Notes under the pieces: generated by a model
Seen by the model: only the letters and a program-made list of their open reading frames with translations
The model's database searches: none
Told to the model about the DNA's origin: nothing
Position numbers and translations under genes: made by a program
Part shown: positions 40,033 through 52,409 of the stretch, one piece after another
How positions within the stretch are numbered: the first letter of the stretch is position 1
Layout: each line of letters opens with the position of its first letter
Assembly: GCF_000026545.1 (NCBI RefSeq)
Contig: NC_011601.1
DNA from: Escherichia coli O127:H6 str. E2348/69
Lineage (GTDB): Bacteria; Pseudomonadota; Gammaproteobacteria; Enterobacterales; Enterobacteriaceae
Direction: 5' to 3' (one strand)
Length of the DNA: 64,000 nucleotides

Positions 40033-41042
40033 CGCGGCAGTTTTCCGTGGTCGCGTAGCCAGGCGGCAGTTTTCTCGATACCTTCATCCAGGGTAAGGAC
40101 TGGCTGATAACCTAGCTCTTCCTGCGCGCGCGTAATATCCAGCGTAAAGTCAAAATTCAACTTGGAGACGCCGTAGTGGGTTAGCGGCGGCTCTTTAGCT
40201 GACTTGCGACCTAAACGCTCCATGCTGCGGGCGATCATATCCAGCATTGGGTAGGGGACGGAACGAATACGACAGTCAATATTCAACTCGTCGATCAGCT
40301 TCTGCACGATGCTGCGCAGTGTGCGATGTTCGCCGTTGGTGATGTTGTACACACGCCCGGAAGGTAGCTTATCGCACGCTTCCTGGCTTGCCAGCCACAT
40401 GGCGTGCACGGCATTTTCATAGTAGGTCATATCGACCAGCGCACTGCCGCCATGCGGTAACAGAATACTGCCGTAGTGGTGCATCATATGCGCCAGACGG
40501 GGGATAAAGACTTTATCGTGCGGTCCGAACAGACTTTGTGGGCGCAGAATAGTAAAGCGCGTTTGTGGATTCGCCTGCGAAAGCATATTGATCACTTCTT
40601 CACTGGCTGCTTTGCTGCGGGCAAACTCGTTGGCGAAGCGGTGAGGGCGAAAATCTTCTTTAATATCGCGATGGTGGTGATAATCGAAGTACAGGGAGGG
40701 AGAAGAGATATGAATAAAGTTACGCACACCCCAGGCGACAGCCCATTCACCCAGGCGGCGAGTGGCGCGAACGTTAGCCAGATCGAAAGCCTGTTGTGTC
40801 CCCCAGGGCGAGGTAAAGCTGGAGCAGTGCCACAGCGTATCAATGCCCGCGAGCATCACTTTAGCTTGTGATGAGACCAGCTCGGTCAGATCCGCCGGAA
40901 CAAACTCTGCGCCCATTTTTTCCAGCAATTTACCCATTGCCTCGTTGCGACCGGTCGCTCGCACGCTGATGCCTTTCTGGCATAAAAACTCTACCGCGTT
41001 TCGACCTAAGCCGCTGGTGGCGCCGGTAACCAGTACCTTCAT
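40029..41042 (-). CDS. ybjS: NAD-dependent epimerase/dehydratase family protein YbjS
   Basis: GATSGLG Rossmann motif; start at the Met at 41042. Confidence 0.8.
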   Translation of the reverse strand: MKVLVTGATSGLGRNAVEFLCQKGISVRATGRNEAMGKLLEKMGAEFVPADLTELVSSQAKVMLAGIDTLWHCSSFTSPWGTQQAFDLANVRATRRLGEWAVAWGVRNFIHISSPSLYFDYHHHRDIKEDFRPHRFANEFARSKAASEEVINMLSQANPQTRFTILRPQSLFGPHDKVFIPRLAHMMHHYGSILLPHGGSALVDMTYYENAVHAMWLASQEACDKLPSGRVYNITNGEHRTLRSIVQKLIDELNIDCRIRSVPYPMLDMIARSMERLGRKSAKEPPLTHYGVSKLNFDFTLDITRAQEELGYQPVLTLDEGIEKTAAWLRDHGKLPR

Positions 41043-41140
41043 ATCAATCCACTGTTGTTGAGAAAATGACGTGCGCATTCTTCCGTGATTTCCCCCTTGA
41101 TGCAATGGGAAACATGAAAGAATAACGCAGGTTTTGTCGA

Positions 41141-42571
41141 TTAATCTGTGCTTTGTTCTGCCAGTCTGGCGATTCGTTTTGCCATTCCGCGAAAAATAAA
41201 CAGATGCGCGGGGATCATCAATAACCAGTAAAACAGCCCCGGCATACCGTGCGGATGCCAGAAAGCACGGACATCAATAGTACGATAGTCGCCTTTATCT
41301 TCCAGGGTAAAACACAGTCGTCCCAGCCCCGGCGCTTTCATGCCAAATAACAACGTAAGTTGTTTTTCCGGTTCAACGACAATCACTTTCCAGCTATCCA
41401 CCGCATCGCCGGTCTGTAAATATTCGCGCTCCGGGCGGCCTTTCGCCAGCTTATGACCGATCGCAAGGTCCATCAACGCCCGTGTCTGCCACAAAATATT
41501 GCCAAAGAAATAACGCTCTTTACCGCCGATTTGGTTCACTACCCGCCATAAAGCCGTAAGGCTGGCGGACGTTTTAACGGTAAACCCCGCCTGTTTGGCA
41601 AAATAACCGTATTCTGGTCGCCAGCGAGCAAAAGCCTGCGCGTCATATCCCCAGTCGCTGGAGTTGACCAGTTTTTCTTCCTCTTTCAACGTGCTACGTA
41701 CCGCGTCATCGAAAGCGATCAGCGGTTGTGGAATGAGTGCACGTAACGCGGTGTCATCCGCCAGCAGATCGTGTTTCAGCCCCTGAATCAACGCCCTGGC
41801 GGTGGTGGGCGGTACGGAAGTAATCACATTAAGAAACCACACCGAAATCCAGCGGGTGGGGAGGGGGATGGGGAGCAACCAGCGGCGCTTACCGCTCACC
41901 GCCATAAAATGTTCAAACTGTTGCTGATAACTGAGCACTTCTGGTCCGGCGGCTTCGAAGATGCGATGTTCGCAGGCCGGATGATCTAACAGCGCCACCA
42001 GATAGTGCAGCAAGTTTTCCAGCGCGATGGGCGTGGTGTGTGAACGTACCCAGCGTGGCGGCGTTAATACTGGCAGGTTGTAAACCATATCGCGCATGAC
42101 TTCGAATGCCGCTGAACCCGCGCCAACGATAATTCCGGCACGTAGTTCGGTCACCGGGACACCCGCTTCACGTAAAATATCCGCCGTGGCCTGACGAGCA
42201 CGCAGATGATCAGATTGTTCATGAGGCGGTGCCTGTAAGGAACTGAGAAAGATGACTTGCTTTACCGGTACTTCGCGTAGCGCATCGCGGACGTTGAGAG
42301 CCACCTGGCGCTCCTGAACGATAAAATTGCCGCCTTCGCCCATGCTATGTACCAGAAAATAGGCCGTATCGATATCCTGCAACAGGGCCGGAAGGTTATC
42401 CGGCCAGCTGAGATCGACTTTATGGCAACTGACGTTTGCCAGTTGCAGTTTTGCAAGTCTGTCGACGTGACGTGCCGCCGCCAGGATCTGATGCCCTTGC
42501 TGGCTGAGCGTGCGCACCAGATGCTGACCAATGTAGCCACTGGCACCGAGAACTAAAATGCGTTGCGGCAC
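41141..42571 (-). CDS. ybjT: NAD(P)-binding protein YbjT
   Basis: GASGYIG motif; GTG start at 42571 preceded by AGGAG. Confidence 0.8.
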   Translation of the reverse strand: MPQRILVLGASGYIGQHLVRTLSQQGHQILAAARHVDRLAKLQLANVSCHKVDLSWPDNLPALLQDIDTAYFLVHSMGEGGNFIVQERQVALNVRDALREVPVKQVIFLSSLQAPPHEQSDHLRARQATADILREAGVPVTELRAGIIVGAGSAAFEVMRDMVYNLPVLTPPRWVRSHTTPIALENLLHYLVALLDHPACEHRIFEAAGPEVLSYQQQFEHFMAVSGKRRWLLPIPLPTRWISVWFLNVITSVPPTTARALIQGLKHDLLADDTALRALIPQPLIAFDDAVRSTLKEEEKLVNSSDWGYDAQAFARWRPEYGYFAKQAGFTVKTSASLTALWRVVNQIGGKERYFFGNILWQTRALMDLAIGHKLAKGRPEREYLQTGDAVDSWKVIVVEPEKQLTLLFGMKAPGLGRLCFTLEDKGDYRTIDVRAFWHPHGMPGLFYWLLMIPAHLFIFRGMAKRIARLAEQSTD

Positions 42572-42581
42572 GTCTCTCTCC

Positions 42582-43583
42582 TTAACGCGCCAGGAACGCA
42601 TGCCAGTGGGCGGCAACTTCCGCCAGTTGTTCACGCGAGACGTCAAGATGGGTCACCAGGCGGACAATCGGCGAGGCGTTAATCAGCACGTTTCTCGCTT
42701 TCATGTATTCGCCTAACGCGGCAGCATTTTCTTCCCCGACGCGAACAAACAGCATATTGGTGTCCTGACGCATCACATCCGCGCCTGCTTCACGCAACTG
42801 CTCCGCCATCCAGGCGGCGTTATCGTGGTCTTCCTGCAAACGTGCGACGTTATTTTTCAGGGCATACATCCCGGCGGCAGCCAGAATGCCGGACTGACGC
42901 ATCCCGCCACCTGTCATTTTCCGCCAGCGAATGGCACGTTTAATGTAATCACGATTACCGACGAGTAATGAACCGACTGGCGTCCCAAGACCTTTTGACA
43001 GGCAAATGGTGAACGAGTCACAATATTGCGTGATCTCTTTCAGTTCGCAGCCGTAAGCCACCACGGCATTAAAAATGCGCGCGCCGTCAACGTGCAGCGC
43101 CAGATTGCGCTCGCGGGTAAATTCCCATGCTTCTTTCAGGTATTCACGCGGCAGCACTTTGCCGTTGTGGGTGTTTTCCAGACTGAGTAATTTGGTGCGG
43201 GCGAAATGGATATCGTCGGGTTTGATTTTCATCGCCACTTTATCCAGCGGTAGCGTGCCGTCGGCAGCTGCGTCGATGGGTTGCGGCTGAATACTGCCCA
43301 GCACTGCTGCGCCACCGGCTTCAAACAGATAGTTATGCGCGGCCTGACCGACGATATACTCTTCGCCGCGTTCGCAGTGACTGAGCAGAGCGACCAGGTT
43401 GGCCTGAGTGCCGGTAGGCAGAAAAATGGCGGCTTCTTTACCGGAAAGCTCTGCTGCATAGTCCTGCAGAGCATTAACGGTAGGGTCGTCTCCGTAAACG
43501 TCGTCCCCAACCGGGGCGGCCATCATCGCTTCGAGCATGGCGCGGCTCGGTCGGGTAACGGTATCACTGCGTAAATCAATCAT
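42582..43583 (-). CDS. ltaE: low-specificity L-threonine aldolase
   Basis: 333 aa. Confidence 0.9.
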   Translation of the reverse strand: MIDLRSDTVTRPSRAMLEAMMAAPVGDDVYGDDPTVNALQDYAAELSGKEAAIFLPTGTQANLVALLSHCERGEEYIVGQAAHNYLFEAGGAAVLGSIQPQPIDAAADGTLPLDKVAMKIKPDDIHFARTKLLSLENTHNGKVLPREYLKEAWEFTRERNLALHVDGARIFNAVVAYGCELKEITQYCDSFTICLSKGLGTPVGSLLVGNRDYIKRAIRWRKMTGGGMRQSGILAAAGMYALKNNVARLQEDHDNAAWMAEQLREAGADVMRQDTNMLFVRVGEENAAALGEYMKARNVLINASPIVRLVTHLDVSREQLAEVAAHWHAFLAR

Positions 43584-43619
43584 GGCATGTCCTTATTATG
43601 ACGGGAAATGCCACCCTTT

Positions 43620-45338
43620 TTACCTTAGCCAGTTTGTTTTCGCCAGTTCGATCACTTCATCACCGCGTCCGCTGATGATTGCGCGCAACATATACAGGCT
43701 AAAACCTTTGGCCTGTTCGAGTTTGATCTGCGGTGGAATGGCTAATTCTTCTTTGGCGACCACCACATCCACCAGCACCGGACCGTCGATGGAAAAGGCG
43801 CGTTGCAGGGCTTCATCGACTTCAGAGGCTTTTTCCACGCGAATACCCGTAATTCCGCACGCTTCGGCAATGCGGGCAAAGTTGGTGTCGTGTAGTTCGG
43901 TGCCGTCAGTCAAATAGCCACCAGCTTTCATCTCCATCGCCACAAAGCCCAGTACGCTGTTGTTAAAGACGACAATTTTCACTGGCAGTTTCATCTGCAC
44001 TACTGAGAGGAAATCGCCCATCAACATGCTAAAACCGCCATCGCCGCACATGGCGACCACCTGGCGTTCTGGCTCGGTTGCCTGCGCGCCCAGCGCCTGC
44101 GGCATGGCGTTAGCCATCGAACCGTGGTTAAACGAACCTAACAGGCGACGCTTGCCGTTCATTTTCAGATAACGCGCTGCCCATACTGTTGGCGTACCAA
44201 CGTCACAGGTGAAAATAGCGTCATCGGCGGCAAAATGACTAATTTGCTGCGCCAGATATTGCGGGTGAATGGCTTTCTCGCTCGGTTTAGCTAAATCGTC
44301 CAGCCCTTTGCGGGCGTCGCGGTAATCTTCCAGCGCCTTATCCAGAAACTTGCGTTCGGTTTTTTCTTCCACCAGTGGCAGCAATGCGCGCAGGGTTGAT
44401 TTGATATCGCCGACCAGCGCCATATCTACCTTGCTATGCGCGCCGATGCTGGCTGGGTTGATATCAATCTGAATAATTTTGGCATCGGTCGGGTAGAACA
44501 CACGGTAGGGAAACTGAGTACCGAGCAGCACTAACGTATCGGCGTTCATCATGGTATGGAAACCTGACGAAAAGCCGATTAATCCCGTCATTCCAACATC
44601 ATATGGATTATCGTATTCGACATGTTCTTTACCGCGCAGGGCATGGACTATAGGCGCTTTAATTTTCCCGGCAAACTCAACTAACTCTTTATGCGCCCCC
44701 GCACAGCCGCTGCCACACATCAGGGCGATATTGCTGGAATAACGCAGCAGCTGCGCCAGTTTGCGTAACTCTTCTTCTTCCGGTGTTACTACCGGCTGTG
44801 GCGCATGATACCAGTGGGTAGTTGCCCCTTCTGGCGCAGGTTTTAACGCCACATCGCCCGGTAACACAACAACGGAAACGCCACGGTTAAGCACCGCTTT
44901 GCGCATAGCAATTGCCAGCACTTGTGGGATCTGCTCTGGGCTGGAAACCAGCTCGCAATAGTGACTACATTCGCGGAATAGCTCTTGTGGGTGGGTTTCC
45001 TGGAAATAGCCGCTGCCAATTTCGCTGGAGGGAATATGAGCGGCAATCGCCAGTACCGGAACGTGATTGCGGTGGCAATCGAACAGGCCGTTGATTAAGT
45101 GCAGGTTGCCGGGACCGCACGATCCGGCACAGACCGCCAGTTCTCCGCTAAGTTGTGCTTCAGCGCCAGCGGCAAATGCCGCCACTTCTTCATGCCGGGT
45201 GGACATCCACTCGATGGTGCCCATGCGATTAAGACTGTCACTAAGACCGTTCAGAGAGTCGCCCGTGACTCCCCAGATGCGTTTCACGCCTGCCGATTCG
45301 AGTGTTTTGGCGATATAAGCTGCAACCGTTTGTTTCAT
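43620..45338 (-). CDS. poxB: pyruvate oxidase (ubiquinone-dependent pyruvate dehydrogenase) PoxB
   Basis: 572 aa TPP enzyme. Confidence 0.9.
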   Translation of the reverse strand: MKQTVAAYIAKTLESAGVKRIWGVTGDSLNGLSDSLNRMGTIEWMSTRHEEVAAFAAGAEAQLSGELAVCAGSCGPGNLHLINGLFDCHRNHVPVLAIAAHIPSSEIGSGYFQETHPQELFRECSHYCELVSSPEQIPQVLAIAMRKAVLNRGVSVVVLPGDVALKPAPEGATTHWYHAPQPVVTPEEEELRKLAQLLRYSSNIALMCGSGCAGAHKELVEFAGKIKAPIVHALRGKEHVEYDNPYDVGMTGLIGFSSGFHTMMNADTLVLLGTQFPYRVFYPTDAKIIQIDINPASIGAHSKVDMALVGDIKSTLRALLPLVEEKTERKFLDKALEDYRDARKGLDDLAKPSEKAIHPQYLAQQISHFAADDAIFTCDVGTPTVWAARYLKMNGKRRLLGSFNHGSMANAMPQALGAQATEPERQVVAMCGDGGFSMLMGDFLSVVQMKLPVKIVVFNNSVLGFVAMEMKAGGYLTDGTELHDTNFARIAEACGITGIRVEKASEVDEALQRAFSIDGPVLVDVVVAKEELAIPPQIKLEQAKGFSLYMLRAIISGRGDEVIELAKTNWLR

Positions 45339-45470
45339 GGTTCTCCATCTCCTGAATGTGATAACGGTAACAAGTTTAGTTCATCTGACGGAGGGGGAAG
45401 GGATGGGAGAAAAAGGAGGCACTAACGGTTAAATAGCCCGATGAAAGGAATATCATCGGGCATCAGGCGA

Positions 45471-46439
45471 TTATGCGAGAACCAAATCCCCCTGCGGATG
45501 GCAGGAGCAGGCCAGTACGTAACCTTCAGCGATTTCGGCGTCGGTCAGTGTCATTGTGCTGCTCACCGTATATTCACCGGAAATCACTTTCGTCTTACAG
45601 CAGCCGCAAACACCCGCACGGCAGGCGGCGACAACCGGAACGTTATTGCTTTCCAGCGCCTCCAGTAGCGTGGTGCCAACCGGAGCGTAAAATTCTCGTG
45701 CCGGTTGCAGTTTGGTGAATTTCAGACCGCTGGTCGCCGCTTCCGCTACTGGGGTGAAGAATTTCTCTTTAAAGAAACGCGTCACGCCGAGCGTTTTCAC
45801 TTCCTGCTCTACCCAATCCATATATGGAGCAGGGCCACAGGTCATCACGGTACGTGAGGCTAAATCAGGGACACCTGCCAGCAGTTCGCGAGTGAGACGA
45901 CCAGCGATAAAGCCTTCGGTAACGTTATTTTCCGCCACCAGCGTTACCGGATAGTTACGCCACTCATCGGCGAAAATCACATCCTGCGGCGTACGCACGT
46001 TGTAGATCACCTGCACATCGGCCTGTGGACGGTTCTTCGCCAGCCAGCGACGCATCGACATAATCGGCGTGACGCCGCAGCCTGCCGCCAGCAACAGGAA
46101 TTTATCTTCTGCTTTATCGTCGCAGGTAAATTCCCCCATCGCGTCCGAAAGCCAGAGATAATCACCGCGTTTTACATCGCGCGTCAGCCACCGGGAGCCG
46201 ACACCGTCATCAATCCGCCGCACAGTCAGGGTGATGTATTCACTCACGCCTGGCGTGGAGGAAATGGTGTAAGCACGCAGCGTTTCTGCTGAGTTTCGCA
46301 CGCTGACCAGCGCATATTGCCCGGCGCGATACGGGTAGTAATCGTGGCAAATCAGGGAAATCGTCCACACATCCGGCGTTTCTTGCGTAATGTGATGAAC
46401 CTGCATCCGCCACGGGCATTGATTCGTTGGCATCGTCAT
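45471..46439 (-). CDS. hcr: NADH oxidoreductase for hybrid-cluster protein
   Basis: 322 aa, C-terminal 2Fe-2S ferredoxin cysteines. Confidence 0.9.
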   Translation of the reverse strand: MTMPTNQCPWRMQVHHITQETPDVWTISLICHDYYPYRAGQYALVSVRNSAETLRAYTISSTPGVSEYITLTVRRIDDGVGSRWLTRDVKRGDYLWLSDAMGEFTCDDKAEDKFLLLAAGCGVTPIMSMRRWLAKNRPQADVQVIYNVRTPQDVIFADEWRNYPVTLVAENNVTEGFIAGRLTRELLAGVPDLASRTVMTCGPAPYMDWVEQEVKTLGVTRFFKEKFFTPVAEAATSGLKFTKLQPAREFYAPVGTTLLEALESNNVPVVAACRAGVCGCCKTKVISGEYTVSSTMTLTDAEIAEGYVLACSCHPQGDLVLA

Positions 46440-46450
46440 CGACAAACTCC

Positions 46451-48103
46451 TTACGCGCTCAACAGTTGCTTCATGTCTTCTTCAACAGTGGTGATAGAAC
46501 GCAGGCCGAATTTCTCGTTCAGCACCGCCAGCAGGTCTGGTGTCAGGAAACCAGGTGCAGTCGGGCCGGTGACGATATTTTTCACACCCAGAGAAAGCAG
46601 CGTCAGCAGAATGACAATCGCTTTCTGTTCAAACCAGGAGAGCACCAGCGACAGCGGCAGATCGTTCACCCCACAGCCCAGTTTCTCTGCCAGCGTTACC
46701 GCCAGAATAATTGCTGAGTAAGCATCGTTACACTGACCAGCATCTACCAGACGCGGCAGACCTTCGATATCGCCAAACTCAAGTTTATTAAAGCGATATT
46801 TACCGCAAGCGAGGGTCAGGATCAGGCAGTCATCCGGCACGCTGGTGGCGAAATCGGTGAAGTAGTGACGCTCGCCGCGTGCGCCGTCACAGCCGCCAAG
46901 CAGGAAGATATGACGCAGTTTTTCACGGCTCACCAGATCAATCAGCGTATCGGCTGCGCCAAGCAGTGTCTGGCGACCAAAGCCCACGGTGATCAGGTGC
47001 GGAATTTCGCTGTACGGGAAGCCCGCCATCTGTTGCGCTTGGGCAATGACTGCAGAGAAATCTTCGCCATCCAGATGACGCACACCCGGCCAGCCAACGA
47101 TGCTACGGGTCCAGATACGATCGTCATAAGCGCCTACGGTTGGGTCGATGATGCAGTTTGAGGTCATCACGATGGGGCCTGGGAAACGAGCGAACTCCAC
47201 TTGCTGATTCTGCCAGCCGCTGCCGTAGTTACCGACCAGATGCTTGAATTTACGCAGCTCCGGGTAACCATGCGCAGGCAGCATTTCGCCGTGGGTGTAG
47301 ACATTAACGCCCGTGCCTTCGGTCTGTTCCAGCAGGTTGTAGAGATCTTTGAGATCGTGACCGGAAATCAGAATGCATTTACCCGCCGTCGCTTTGACGT
47401 TGACCTGAGTTGGCGTCGGGTGACCGTATTTACCGGTTTCGCCTGCGTCCAGAATGCTCATCACTTTGAAGTTCATCTGGCCGATTTCCATTGAACACTC
47501 AAGAAGCGCGTTCATATCGGCAGGCCAGGTCCCCAGCCACGCCATGATTTTATGGTACTGGGCATAAATATCGTTGTCGTATTGACCGAGAACATGCGCG
47601 TGTTCCATATAGGCCGCCGCACCTTTCAGGCCATACAGGCACAGCAGACGCAGGCCGAGAATGTTTTCGCCAATCGCCGCTTTATCTTTGTTAGGGGTAA
47701 ATTCTGCTGCCTGACGTTGCAGCTCGCCGAGATCGTCGCTCACCAGTTGCAGGTCAGCCATCGGGTTATCGACGCGGGCGTTGGCATCTACAGCCAGGCA
47801 TTGTGCTTTCAGCGCCTCGCGCAGGGCAATCGCTTCACGAGCGTAGCCGACAATACGCGGAGAATCGAAGTTAACGTTGGTCAGGGTTGAGAAAAAGGCA
47901 CGTGGCGCAAAGCTGTCTACATCGTGGTTGATGATGCCGTATTCACGTGCTTTCACTGCCCAGGCCGAAAGCCCTTGCAGCGCCGCGATGAGTAAATCCT
48001 GAAGGTCAGAGGTTTCCGCCGTTTTACCACACATCCCCTGCGCGTATGAGCAGCCGTTTCCTGCCGGAGTACGGATAGTTTGTTCACATTGCACACAAAA
48101 CAT
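46451..48103 (-). CDS. hcp: hybrid-cluster protein (hydroxylamine reductase)
   Basis: 550 aa, N-terminal CxxC cluster; start at the Met at 48103. Confidence 0.9.
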   Translation of the reverse strand: MFCVQCEQTIRTPAGNGCSYAQGMCGKTAETSDLQDLLIAALQGLSAWAVKAREYGIINHDVDSFAPRAFFSTLTNVNFDSPRIVGYAREAIALREALKAQCLAVDANARVDNPMADLQLVSDDLGELQRQAAEFTPNKDKAAIGENILGLRLLCLYGLKGAAAYMEHAHVLGQYDNDIYAQYHKIMAWLGTWPADMNALLECSMEIGQMNFKVMSILDAGETGKYGHPTPTQVNVKATAGKCILISGHDLKDLYNLLEQTEGTGVNVYTHGEMLPAHGYPELRKFKHLVGNYGSGWQNQQVEFARFPGPIVMTSNCIIDPTVGAYDDRIWTRSIVGWPGVRHLDGEDFSAVIAQAQQMAGFPYSEIPHLITVGFGRQTLLGAADTLIDLVSREKLRHIFLLGGCDGARGERHYFTDFATSVPDDCLILTLACGKYRFNKLEFGDIEGLPRLVDAGQCNDAYSAIILAVTLAEKLGCGVNDLPLSLVLSWFEQKAIVILLTLLSLGVKNIVTGPTAPGFLTPDLLAVLNEKFGLRSITTVEEDMKQLLSA

Positions 48104-48246
48104 GATCACACCTTTTAAAGTTATATTTAATATACATGTTTAAGGTTAAGACGCTTAACGCGGGGATAAAAGAGATTTTTAATGCAACTTTAAGGGAGAT
48201 TGATTTAGCGCAATTTTGGCGGCAGAGATCTACCGCCAGAGAGGTA

Positions 48247-49146
48247 TTATGCAGAGAAAAAGGCGATGAGAATCGGCACTAACAGACTAAGAATAAAACC
48301 GTGAACAATCGCCGCCGGGACCATATCCAGCCCGCCTGTACGTTGAAGAACGGGCAGGGTGAAATCCATCGACGTCGCACCGCATAAGCCCAGTGCAGTA
48401 GAGCGGCTACGGCGAATCAGCCCAGGGATTAACATAATAGCAATCAGCTCACGGGCCAGATCATTAAAAAACGCCGCGCTCCCGATTACCGGACCAAAAG
48501 ATTCGGTCAATAAAATACCGGAAAGAGAATACCAGCCGAAACCGGAGGCCATTGCCAGCGCGGTATTGATGGGAAGATCAAGAATAAAGGCGTTAATTAA
48601 ACCACCAATTAATGAACTGGCAACCACCACCACGGCGACAATCATTCCCCGGCGATTAAGGACAATCTGCTTTAAGGTCATGCCATTATTGCGCAACTGA
48701 ATACCGACGAGGAAAAGTAGCAGAATTAAGGTGTATTCACTGGCTTCGGTCGCGTGTTGTAAGAAAGCCAGTCCACTCAGACCAATGGCAAAACCAATCA
48801 CTACTACGCCGCACAGTTTTAGCGACTCCAGCGCCATCGCAATACGCGACGGGAGTTTTTCTTGCTGATGGTGGTTGCGCCATGGCAGGCCGCGCTCCAG
48901 CCACATCAGGGCGGCAATATTACACAGTAAAATAACGGTAATACTGACGGCAGAATAATGCAGAATTGCCAACAAGTTACTGGCGAGGTTATCGAGAAAC
49001 GCCAGACTGATACCCATAAAAAAGAGAATGAGGTAAACCATCCAACTTAATAGCTGATTAATAACTCTTAATGCAGCTTTTTGGCGAAGCGGAATGAGGT
49101 AACCCACAATCAGGGGAACCAGAATGATTAACAGCCCAGAAAACAT
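48247..49146 (-). CDS. lysO: lysine exporter LysO (YbjE)
   Basis: 299 aa membrane protein. Confidence 0.85.
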   Translation of the reverse strand: MFSGLLIILVPLIVGYLIPLRQKAALRVINQLLSWMVYLILFFMGISLAFLDNLASNLLAILHYSAVSITVILLCNIAALMWLERGLPWRNHHQQEKLPSRIAMALESLKLCGVVVIGFAIGLSGLAFLQHATEASEYTLILLLFLVGIQLRNNGMTLKQIVLNRRGMIVAVVVVASSLIGGLINAFILDLPINTALAMASGFGWYSLSGILLTESFGPVIGSAAFFNDLARELIAIMLIPGLIRRSRSTALGLCGATSMDFTLPVLQRTGGLDMVPAAIVHGFILSLLVPILIAFFSA

Positions 49147-49339
49147 GAAAAACCAGTCCTTGCAAAGAAGATTCGAAATGCGCGATGACACACTACTGAA
49201 AGCGGAAGGACGAGTAAAGTTGCAATTAAAAGGAAATGTTATGCATAAGGATCGGTAGGGTATTCATTTTCATTTAAAGATATTCTTGCGCTTTAATTAC
49301 AAACCGCACCGGTGTTGGTGGCGTCAAAATCGCCGAGGC

Positions 49340-49550
49340 GTTCCCTGAAGGCCGGGGCAGCCCACATGGATGTGGGCTGAGGGCGCGTTTTACAGGGATG
49401 TTACCTCGCGCCCGACCCGGTAGCCGTAAGGGATAAGTCGAGGGCACCGCGCAGCGGCGATTTTGTTCGCCAGAGCCCGGGGGGGGCAGGGGGCGGCGGC
49501 GATTGGCCGCCCCCTGCGCGCTCCCTGCGCCAGTGACTATATGTGGCTTA
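49340..49550. repeat. GC-rich palindromic repeat cluster (REP/BIME-like)
   Basis: Several GC-rich imperfect palindromes (for example CAGCCCACAT/ATGTGGGCTG) in the intergenic region between lysO and aqpZ. Confidence 0.35.
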
Positions 49551-49629
49551 ACACATCAAGGAGCGCAACAGGAAGATGAATCAATATATTTAAAAAAGGC
49601 CTGACATTGCGCCAGGCCTTCTGCGTTAA

Positions 49630-50325
49630 TTAATTACGTTTTTCCAGCAGAGTCCGGTAAATCAGACCACCGATAATACCGCCGACAATTGGCACCACCC
49701 AGAAGAACCATAGTTGCTCTAATGCCCAGCCGCCCTGGAAGATAGCAACCGCAGTACTGCGCGCCGGGTTAACGGAAGTGTTAGTCACCGGAATACTGAT
49801 TAAGTGAATCAGGGTTAAGGCCAGACCAATGGCAATTGGCGCAAAACCAGCAGGAGCGAATTTGTCAGTTGCGCCGTGGATCACCAGCAGGAAACCTGCA
49901 CTCAATACCAGTTCAACTACCAGCGCGGAAAGCATGGAATAACCGCCTGGTGAATGCTCGCCATAACCGTTAGAAGCAAAACCGCTGGCTGCCGCGTCAA
50001 AACCCGTTTTACCACTGGCAATTAAATACAGCAGCGCCGCCGCAACAATACCGCCGACAACCTGGGCAATTACGTAGCCAACGACTTCTTTTGCCGGGAA
50101 ACGTCCGCCAGCCCATAAACCAATAGTGACCGCCGGGTTAAAATGACCACCAGAAATATGACCAACAGCAAAGGCCATTGTCAGAACGGTCAGACCGAAC
50201 GCCAACGCCACGCCGGCAAAACCAATGCCTAATTCCGGGAAGCCTGCGGCCAGTACGGCACTACCACAGCCGCCAAAAACAAGCCAGAAAGTACCAAAAC
50301 ATTCAGCTGCTAATTTTCTGAACAT
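49630..50325 (-). CDS. aqpZ: aquaporin Z
   Basis: 231 aa, two NPA motifs. Confidence 0.9.
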   Translation of the reverse strand: MFRKLAAECFGTFWLVFGGCGSAVLAAGFPELGIGFAGVALAFGLTVLTMAFAVGHISGGHFNPAVTIGLWAGGRFPAKEVVGYVIAQVVGGIVAAALLYLIASGKTGFDAAASGFASNGYGEHSPGGYSMLSALVVELVLSAGFLLVIHGATDKFAPAGFAPIAIGLALTLIHLISIPVTNTSVNPARSTAVAIFQGGWALEQLWFFWVVPIVGGIIGGLIYRTLLEKRN

Positions 50326-50750
50326 ATCCACCTCAATTAAAAATTGACCCTGTGAAAAATATGGTCGTTTTATAGGGTCGTCGTAAAAAAGTGACGACGG
50401 AAATAATGCGCGGCTATTTTAAAAACGAAGGCAAGTCATTCACCAGATAAATAAATCCAGTAAATTTGATTTAAGGCAACAGCGGGTTGCCCCATATAGT
50501 CATTTGTCTGATTGACAGTGTAGTGCAAGCGAAAGATTTAATCCTTTAGGCGTAATAAAAAATAATTTATCATGCTAATTATTTGATTTTGTTGTTTTTG
50601 CAGGCTTATCAGCAAGAGGGAGTATAACGCGATTATTCGCTCATTTTTCAGACATTTGCCATGCTTAAATGTGATGTCATCACGTATTAGCATGGCCTTT
50701 CCCGTTATACTGCCAGCGTAAAGGATAAGTCACATATTTCTGGAGGGGAT

Positions 50751-52409
50751 ATGATTCTTGAGCGCGTTGAAATTGTGGGTTTTCGCGGTATCAACCGTTT
50801 GTCGTTGATGCTGGAACAAAACAACGTCCTGATTGGGGAGAACGCGTGGGGTAAATCCAGCTTGCTGGACGCCTTAACCCTGCTGCTATCGCCAGAATCA
50901 GATCTCTACCATTTTGAGCGCGATGATTTCTGGTTTCCGCCAGGAGATATCAACGGGCGAGAACATCATCTGCATATTATTTTGACCTTCCGCGAATCGC
51001 TGCCAGGCCGACATCGGGTTCGCCGCTATCGGCCGCTGGAAGCGTGCTGGACGCCATGCACCGATGGTTATCACCGTATTTTTTATCGTCTGGAAGGGGA
51101 GAGTGCGGAAGACGGCAGCGTGATGACACTGCGCAGTTTTCTCGATAAAGACGGACATCCGATTGATGTTGAGGATATTAACGATCAGGCTCGTCATCTG
51201 GTGCGTTTAATGCCGGTGCTGCGTTTGCGTGATGCCCGTTTTATGCGCCGTATTCGTAACGGCACGGTGCCAAATGTCCCCAATGTGGAAGTCACCGCGC
51301 GCCAGCTCGATTTCCTCGCCCGTGAGTTGTCCTCACATCCGCAAAATCTCTCTGATGGACAGATTCGTCAGGGACTTTCCGCAATGGTGCAACTGCTTGA
51401 GCATTATTTTTCTGAGCAGGGAGCTGGACAGGCGCGATATCGTTTAATGCGGCGGCGAGCCAGCAATGAGCAACGAAGCTGGCGCTATCTGGATATCATC
51501 AACCGGATGATTGACCGACCTGGAGGGCGCTCGTATCGGGTTATTTTGCTCGGCCTGTTTGCTACTTTATTGCAGGCAAAAGGCACATTGCGACTGGATA
51601 AAGACGCCCGTCCATTGTTGCTGATCGAAGATCCAGAAACCCGTTTGCACCCCATTATGCTTTCAGTTGCCTGGCATCTGTTGAACCTTCTGCCATTGCA
51701 GCGCATCGCTACTACCAACTCGGGAGAGTTGCTTTCGTTAACGCCGGTAGAGCATGTTTGCCGACTGGTACGTGAGTCCTCTCGCGTTGCCGCCTGGCGT
51801 CTGGGACCGAGTGGCTTGAGTACCGAAGATAGCCGACGCATATCCTTTCACATTCGTTTTAACCGTCCGTCATCGCTGTTTGCTCGCTGCTGGCTGTTGG
51901 TGGAAGGGGAAACGGAAACCTGGGTTATCAATGAACTGGCGCGTCAGTGCGGACATCATTTTGATGCCGAAGGGATCAAGGTCATTGAGTTTGCCCAGTC
52001 CGGGCTAAAGCCACTGGTTAAATTTGCCCGGCGAATGGGGATTGAATGGCATGTACTGGTCGATGGCGATGAAGCAGGGAAGAAATATGCCGCTACGGTA
52101 CGCAGCCTGTTGAATAACGATCGGGAAGCCGAACGAGAACATTTAACGGCGTTACCGGCGCTGGATATGGAACATTTTATGTATCGCCAGGGATTTTCCG
52201 ATGTGTTCCACCGCGTGGCGCAAATCCCGGAAAATATACCGATGAATCTGCGCAAAATTATCTCGAAAGCGATCCATCGCTCTTCCAAACCCGATCTTGC
52301 CATTGAAGTGGCAATGGAGGCCGGACGTCGTGGTGTGGACTCCGTACCGACGCTGCTGAAAAAAATGTTCTCACGCGTGCTGTGGCTGGCGCGCGGTCGG
52401 GCCGACTAA
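50751..52409 (+). CDS. ybjD: OLD-family ATPase/Toprim protein YbjD
   Basis: 552 aa, N-terminal ATPase (GENAWGKSS), conserved chromosomal synteny. Confidence 0.85.
   Translation: MILERVEIVGFRGINRLSLMLEQNNVLIGENAWGKSSLLDALTLLLSPESDLYHFERDDFWFPPGDINGREHHLHIILTFRESLPGRHRVRRYRPLEACWTPCTDGYHRIFYRLEGESAEDGSVMTLRSFLDKDGHPIDVEDINDQARHLVRLMPVLRLRDARFMRRIRNGTVPNVPNVEVTARQLDFLARELSSHPQNLSDGQIRQGLSAMVQLLEHYFSEQGAGQARYRLMRRRASNEQRSWRYLDIINRMIDRPGGRSYRVILLGLFATLLQAKGTLRLDKDARPLLLIEDPETRLHPIMLSVAWHLLNLLPLQRIATTNSGELLSLTPVEHVCRLVRESSRVAAWRLGPSGLSTEDSRRISFHIRFNRPSSLFARCWLLVEGETETWVINELARQCGHHFDAEGIKVIEFAQSGLKPLVKFARRMGIEWHVLVDGDEAGKKYAATVRSLLNNDREAEREHLTALPALDMEHFMYRQGFSDVFHRVAQIPENIPMNLRKIISKAIHRSSKPDLAIEVAMEAGRRGVDSVPTLLKKMFSRVLWLARGRAD

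Noticed and set aside
50751-52409. OLD-family ATPase/nuclease YbjD as a possible defence gene
   Set aside because: It sits in conserved chromosomal synteny (aqpZ-ybjD-ybjX-macAB) with host-like composition, so it is a known core gene and not newly acquired cargo.
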